Assembly: GCA_030704615.1 (NCBI GenBank)
Contig: CM060734.1
Location: 34,348,001 to 34,412,000 of the forward strand
Length of the DNA: 64,000 bases
Origin: Takakia lepidozioides
Lineage: Eukaryota > Plantae > Bryophyta
Direction of reading: 5' to 3'
Shown piece after piece: positions 60,707-64,000 of the stretch. Position numbers and translations under genes: made by a program. Position 1 is the first letter of the stretch; the number at the start of each line of letters is the position of its first letter. The notes under the pieces are model-generated. The model ran no database searches and had not been told where the DNA came from. It saw only the letters and a program-made list of their open reading frames with translations.

Positions 60707-62137
60707 TCAAGTGACAGCAGCTGTAGAGTCCACATGCAATGGTTCTGCAAGTGCGGCTCCACACATGAAGCCCATACCAATCTGGTCTTTCCTAGGCATA
60801 TGAGGTTGTGCAGGTGGGGCTTGAACCTCAAGCCTTGGAGCTGGAGCAACATGAGTAGTGGCCATGGCAGCAAGACGTTGCTCTAGCTGGGCAAGTCTAT
60901 CCAGCATGCCTTGGTCATGACCTTGACCTTGACCCTGTGCTCCTTGGTTTTGGTTACGACCTCCACCCCGACCTCTGCCTCCTCTACCTCTCTGGACTAT
61001 ATTGCCTCGTCCTTGGCCACCATTGTTCCCTTGGAACTGGCCTGGCCATAGCTCAGGATGCAAGCCATAACAATGGGCCTCCTCATGCCCATACTTTCCA
61101 CAATGCCCACACTGTAGTTGTATAGGCTGTGCCTGTGCCGACCCTTTGCCTCTCTCCGGGCAATCCTTCTTGACATGGGGTCCTCCACAATCCCAACAAG
61201 TCACACCCGACTGTTGTTGGCCTGAGAATGAAGGAAGAGACCTCTGCATCTGAGATCCTCTCTGTCCTTCCCTCGGCTTCACCTGAGCCCCCTTGTTGCC
61301 TTGACGTTGGGGTAGTGGTTGTTGTTGGCTAGGAGCCCCACTTCGTTGTGTCTCTTTACCAAATCCCACCATGACCACTTGCTCCTCCACCATATTGAGC
61401 TCTATCCGCTCTGCCAGCAAAAACACGTTTGCTAAGGTGGGTTGGTCCACTTGTAGGAGAGTTGCATCCCGCACCCTTCTCCTTAGCTCCTTGTCCAATA
61501 TCCCATACCAGAATTGGACTGCTTGAGCTTCCGTAACCCCTTGGGTTACATTTATCAATCGTCTCATGCGCGTGTAAGCCTCCCTCAAACTCTCAGTAGG
61601 CTTGCGCTGGAACTCTTGCAAGCTCCGCAATTTCTCCGTCCTTATCCCTTGGTAGTTTTTCCTCAACTCCTCGAAGAACTCCACAACTGGGTTAAAGGCA
61701 GGCACGGGTGTTGGTGCTGCAGCAGGAGCTTGGGTGGACTTCCCAGCTCCTGTTCCACTTGACGTCCCACTGCTGCTTGCAGTAGCTGTTGGTGTAGTTG
61801 TCGGTGTCACCAATGCCCTTGTGCCTCTAGTGATGGAGACATAGTCAGGTGACCAATACACCCGCCATTCCTCAATCTCCACCTCATGTCCCTGCCTAAA
61901 CTCATGGTAGTCATCCATGGGCGGCCCCTCAAGGTGCTGAAACAACCCTTTCCACGCCATAAAAGGCGTAAACAGTTGTGGATTGTGCATCTGCTGCAAA
62001 TCACACCAACTATCAAACTCCTGTATGAAATCATCAAGCTCGATGGTGCCCACAGCTCCAGAGTACCGACGTGGCCCTATGGTAGCTCCCACAACAATGG
62101 CACGGAAATGGCTTGCACCCTCGGCGAGAATCCTCAT
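60707..62137 (-). CDS. Gag of element 2 with two zinc knuckles and an RGG-rich tail
   Basis: LDDFIQEFDSWCD, FQRKPTESLREAY, CWDCGGPHVKKDC, CGHCGKYGHEEAHC. Confidence 0.92.
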   Translation of the reverse strand: MRILAEGASHFRAIVVGATIGPRRYSGAVGTIELDDFIQEFDSWCDLQQMHNPQLFTPFMAWKGLFQHLEGPPMDDYHEFRQGHEVEIEEWRVYWSPDYVSITRGTRALVTPTTTPTATASSSGTSSGTGAGKSTQAPAAAPTPVPAFNPVVEFFEELRKNYQGIRTEKLRSLQEFQRKPTESLREAYTRMRRLINVTQGVTEAQAVQFWYGILDKELRRRVRDATLLQVDQPTLANVFLLAERIELNMVEEQVVMVGFGKETQRSGAPSQQQPLPQRQGNKGAQVKPREGQRGSQMQRSLPSFSGQQQSGVTCWDCGGPHVKKDCPERGKGSAQAQPIQLQCGHCGKYGHEEAHCYGLHPELWPGQFQGNNGGQGRGNIVQRGRGGRGRGGGRNQNQGAQGQGQGHDQGMLDRLAQLEQRLAAMATTHVAPAPRLEVQAPPAQPHMPRKDQIGMGFMCGAALAEPLHVDSTAAVT

Positions 62138-64000
62138 AACTCTGAGTCTGAACCTTCCTCAGAAGACACTGAAGGTGAAGCTGGCCTAAATTGCACACCT
62201 CGTCTTGTATACCCACTAGTATCGCTGGTGCTTGTACCGGCACTCTCCTTAGCAACTGGTGGCACCTCCATGATGAAAACTCACAACCACACCTGTTGTA
62301 AACCTGTCTGCCTTTAAGTGAAGGAGCCTTCTCATTGGGACCCTTACAAGGCGAGACATTAATGGTCATGAGTGACGACACAATTCTTTGAGGAGCTGCC
62401 AGGGAAGAAAGGAGGAGTGAAGGAGCTTTCTCATTGCACGTGGAAGGTAGCGAAGCCCAAGTACAATGTCGTTTCGTATGAATGAGAAGGGACAGTACTA
62501 TACTTCAGCACTACATTCGCTATGCTTGAATATCTTACGGGGACAGATGCAACATGTATTTGGGCTCACGTTTTAATGACCTGCTGGAAGCTGAATATGA
62601 CATGCATAGTTGTATAGTTTCTGACTTCTCTATTGCTTCTTGTAGTCAAGGAAAAGAAGGTTAAGAATGTTAAATGTCGAATGCAAGTAGCCAATGTGGA
62701 ATGAGCCTGTTGAAAAATGATGATTCGACACACAATTGTTGTTTGAGCAACAAATTGTCAAATGAACAATAGTACTATCCATTGGACATTCCTTATCCCA
62801 TCCATATCCCATCACGTTCAAACGACAGTTTGTCAATTAGGCTTGTCAAATAAACCCCCTTTTTGTTGTGGTGAGTAATCATTTGACAGACCAAAGCTAC
62901 TGCAGCGGAAGAAAAATAAATGACGACCAATGAACAATTTATTTTGGGAGGGGCAAAAGCATATATATATATAGACGGCTACCGAAGGAAGCGTAATTTA
63001 TGGTGTCTCTTCACCGCAAGGGCTACTACCTTCCAGCTCAAAAGCATATATACAAACTTACAAAGTGACAAAACCATGAAAATGATGATGGGAAATACAA
63101 TTTCTAAGGTACATTTGAAATACGTCCTTATTGTTTTTTTGCAGCAAGAGACCTACATCTAGCACTAATCAGCATTTCACATCAATTTGTCTTATACTTC
63201 CTACAATTGTGGTGTTCCGGGTTCTGTATATGACGGCATCTGAAAGAAATTGTTCGCATACTGTCTAAGTCTTAATCAAGATCCATATACCATTTCAACA
63301 TGATATCATTTATTTTCTAAAGAGAAATTATTCAACTTCAAACACAAATGATTGTTGAATGTACCTTCGGAATAAATGACATTTGAAGGAGTTGGATTGC
63401 AACCTAAAAGTTGACATTGAAGTTTGAGATTGTTTGTTCAATTTAGATATGATAGAGCTTTATTGCATTATGCCTAATGCACTATGACATAAATCAGCTA
63501 TCAAGGCTTATTTTTTAATACTATGGCTTATCAAGAGATTGCCCTATTGAAGACATTAACATATATATATCCAAAAGGAGGATGAGAAGATTTAGACATA
63601 GGATTAGAAGGGGAAATTTTGTTTGAGATGACTTGATTGATTATCTAGATCAAGTAGATATTAGATTTTATTATACATAGCCACGTATCCACCTCCAAAA
63701 ATGGGGTGAGAAATACACGATTGGGAACTAGACTTAATAAATGTGTCCCCTTGAGAGAGTATTAAACACTTTACACAATGTATAAGGTTTTGTACTTCAT
63801 CCCTTCATTCTACCTTGGGGCTACTAGATGTTAAAAGGCTCATTTCTTACTTCCATTTGTTCTCTAGGACAATGAGATTTTGTACTTTTTATTCTAATAC
63901 TAAGCTTGCTTTACAGGTCATCCATAATTTGCATGTGGATGCCTTGAGTGTCGTAGCCGAAATAATTGAGAAGTGGGGCAATGTGAGTAGACCTTTCATC

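Larger units (their letters stand above)
54116..62310 (-). mobile_element. Element 2: second subfamily of DNMT/PHD Gypsy with split repeats; 5' end missing
   Basis: Same domain order as element 1 at clearly diverged DNA sequence; similarity stops near 62310 and no 5' B copy is found in the window. Confidence 0.93.
16735..62873. mobile_element. Putative outer CACTA-like element (~46 kb including nested inserts)
   Basis: Left end cacaacaacaaaaggggg|ttta (split by the Gypsy insertion) versus right-end reverse complement caccacaacaaaaagggggttta. 3-bp direct repeat AGT at 16732-16734 and 62874-62876. Short repeated motifs near both ends. Neither end is a perfect CACTA. Confidence 0.45.

Overview
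Eukaryotic, transposon-dense DNA from a land plant. PLS-class PPR remnants with an E domain suggest a seed-free lineage (inference). No intact host gene is visible; the window is a nest of mobile elements. Highlights: (1) Two near-complete Ty3/Gypsy elements from diverged subfamilies (16753-28396 and 54116-~62310, both minus strand), plus two partial relatives. Their polyprotein reads gag - protease - DNMT3-like C5 cytosine methyltransferase - RT - RNaseH - integrase - PHD finger. (2) These elements lack ordinary LTRs. They have split direct repeats (coding strand B...internal...PPT-A-gc-B-A) with a conserved palindromic GACAGCTGTC end-to-end junction, and the complete copy has a 5-bp TSD and no tRNA PBS. 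(3) A ~10.3-kb Mutator-like transposon (33328-43600) pairs a GCM-like/MULE/SWIM transposase with a divergent spliced gene carrying a ParB/Srx-like DGNHR domain, and holds arrays of a 24-30 bp palindrome. The window also contains nested CACTA elements, LINE fragments, a hAT relic, a MITE, an Athila/Tat-like remnant with a large extra ORF, a pre-miRNA-like hairpin and captured gene fragments (MIRO, ABC1K, PPR with OSB PDF motifs). All calls come from reading motifs by eye; no database search was run.
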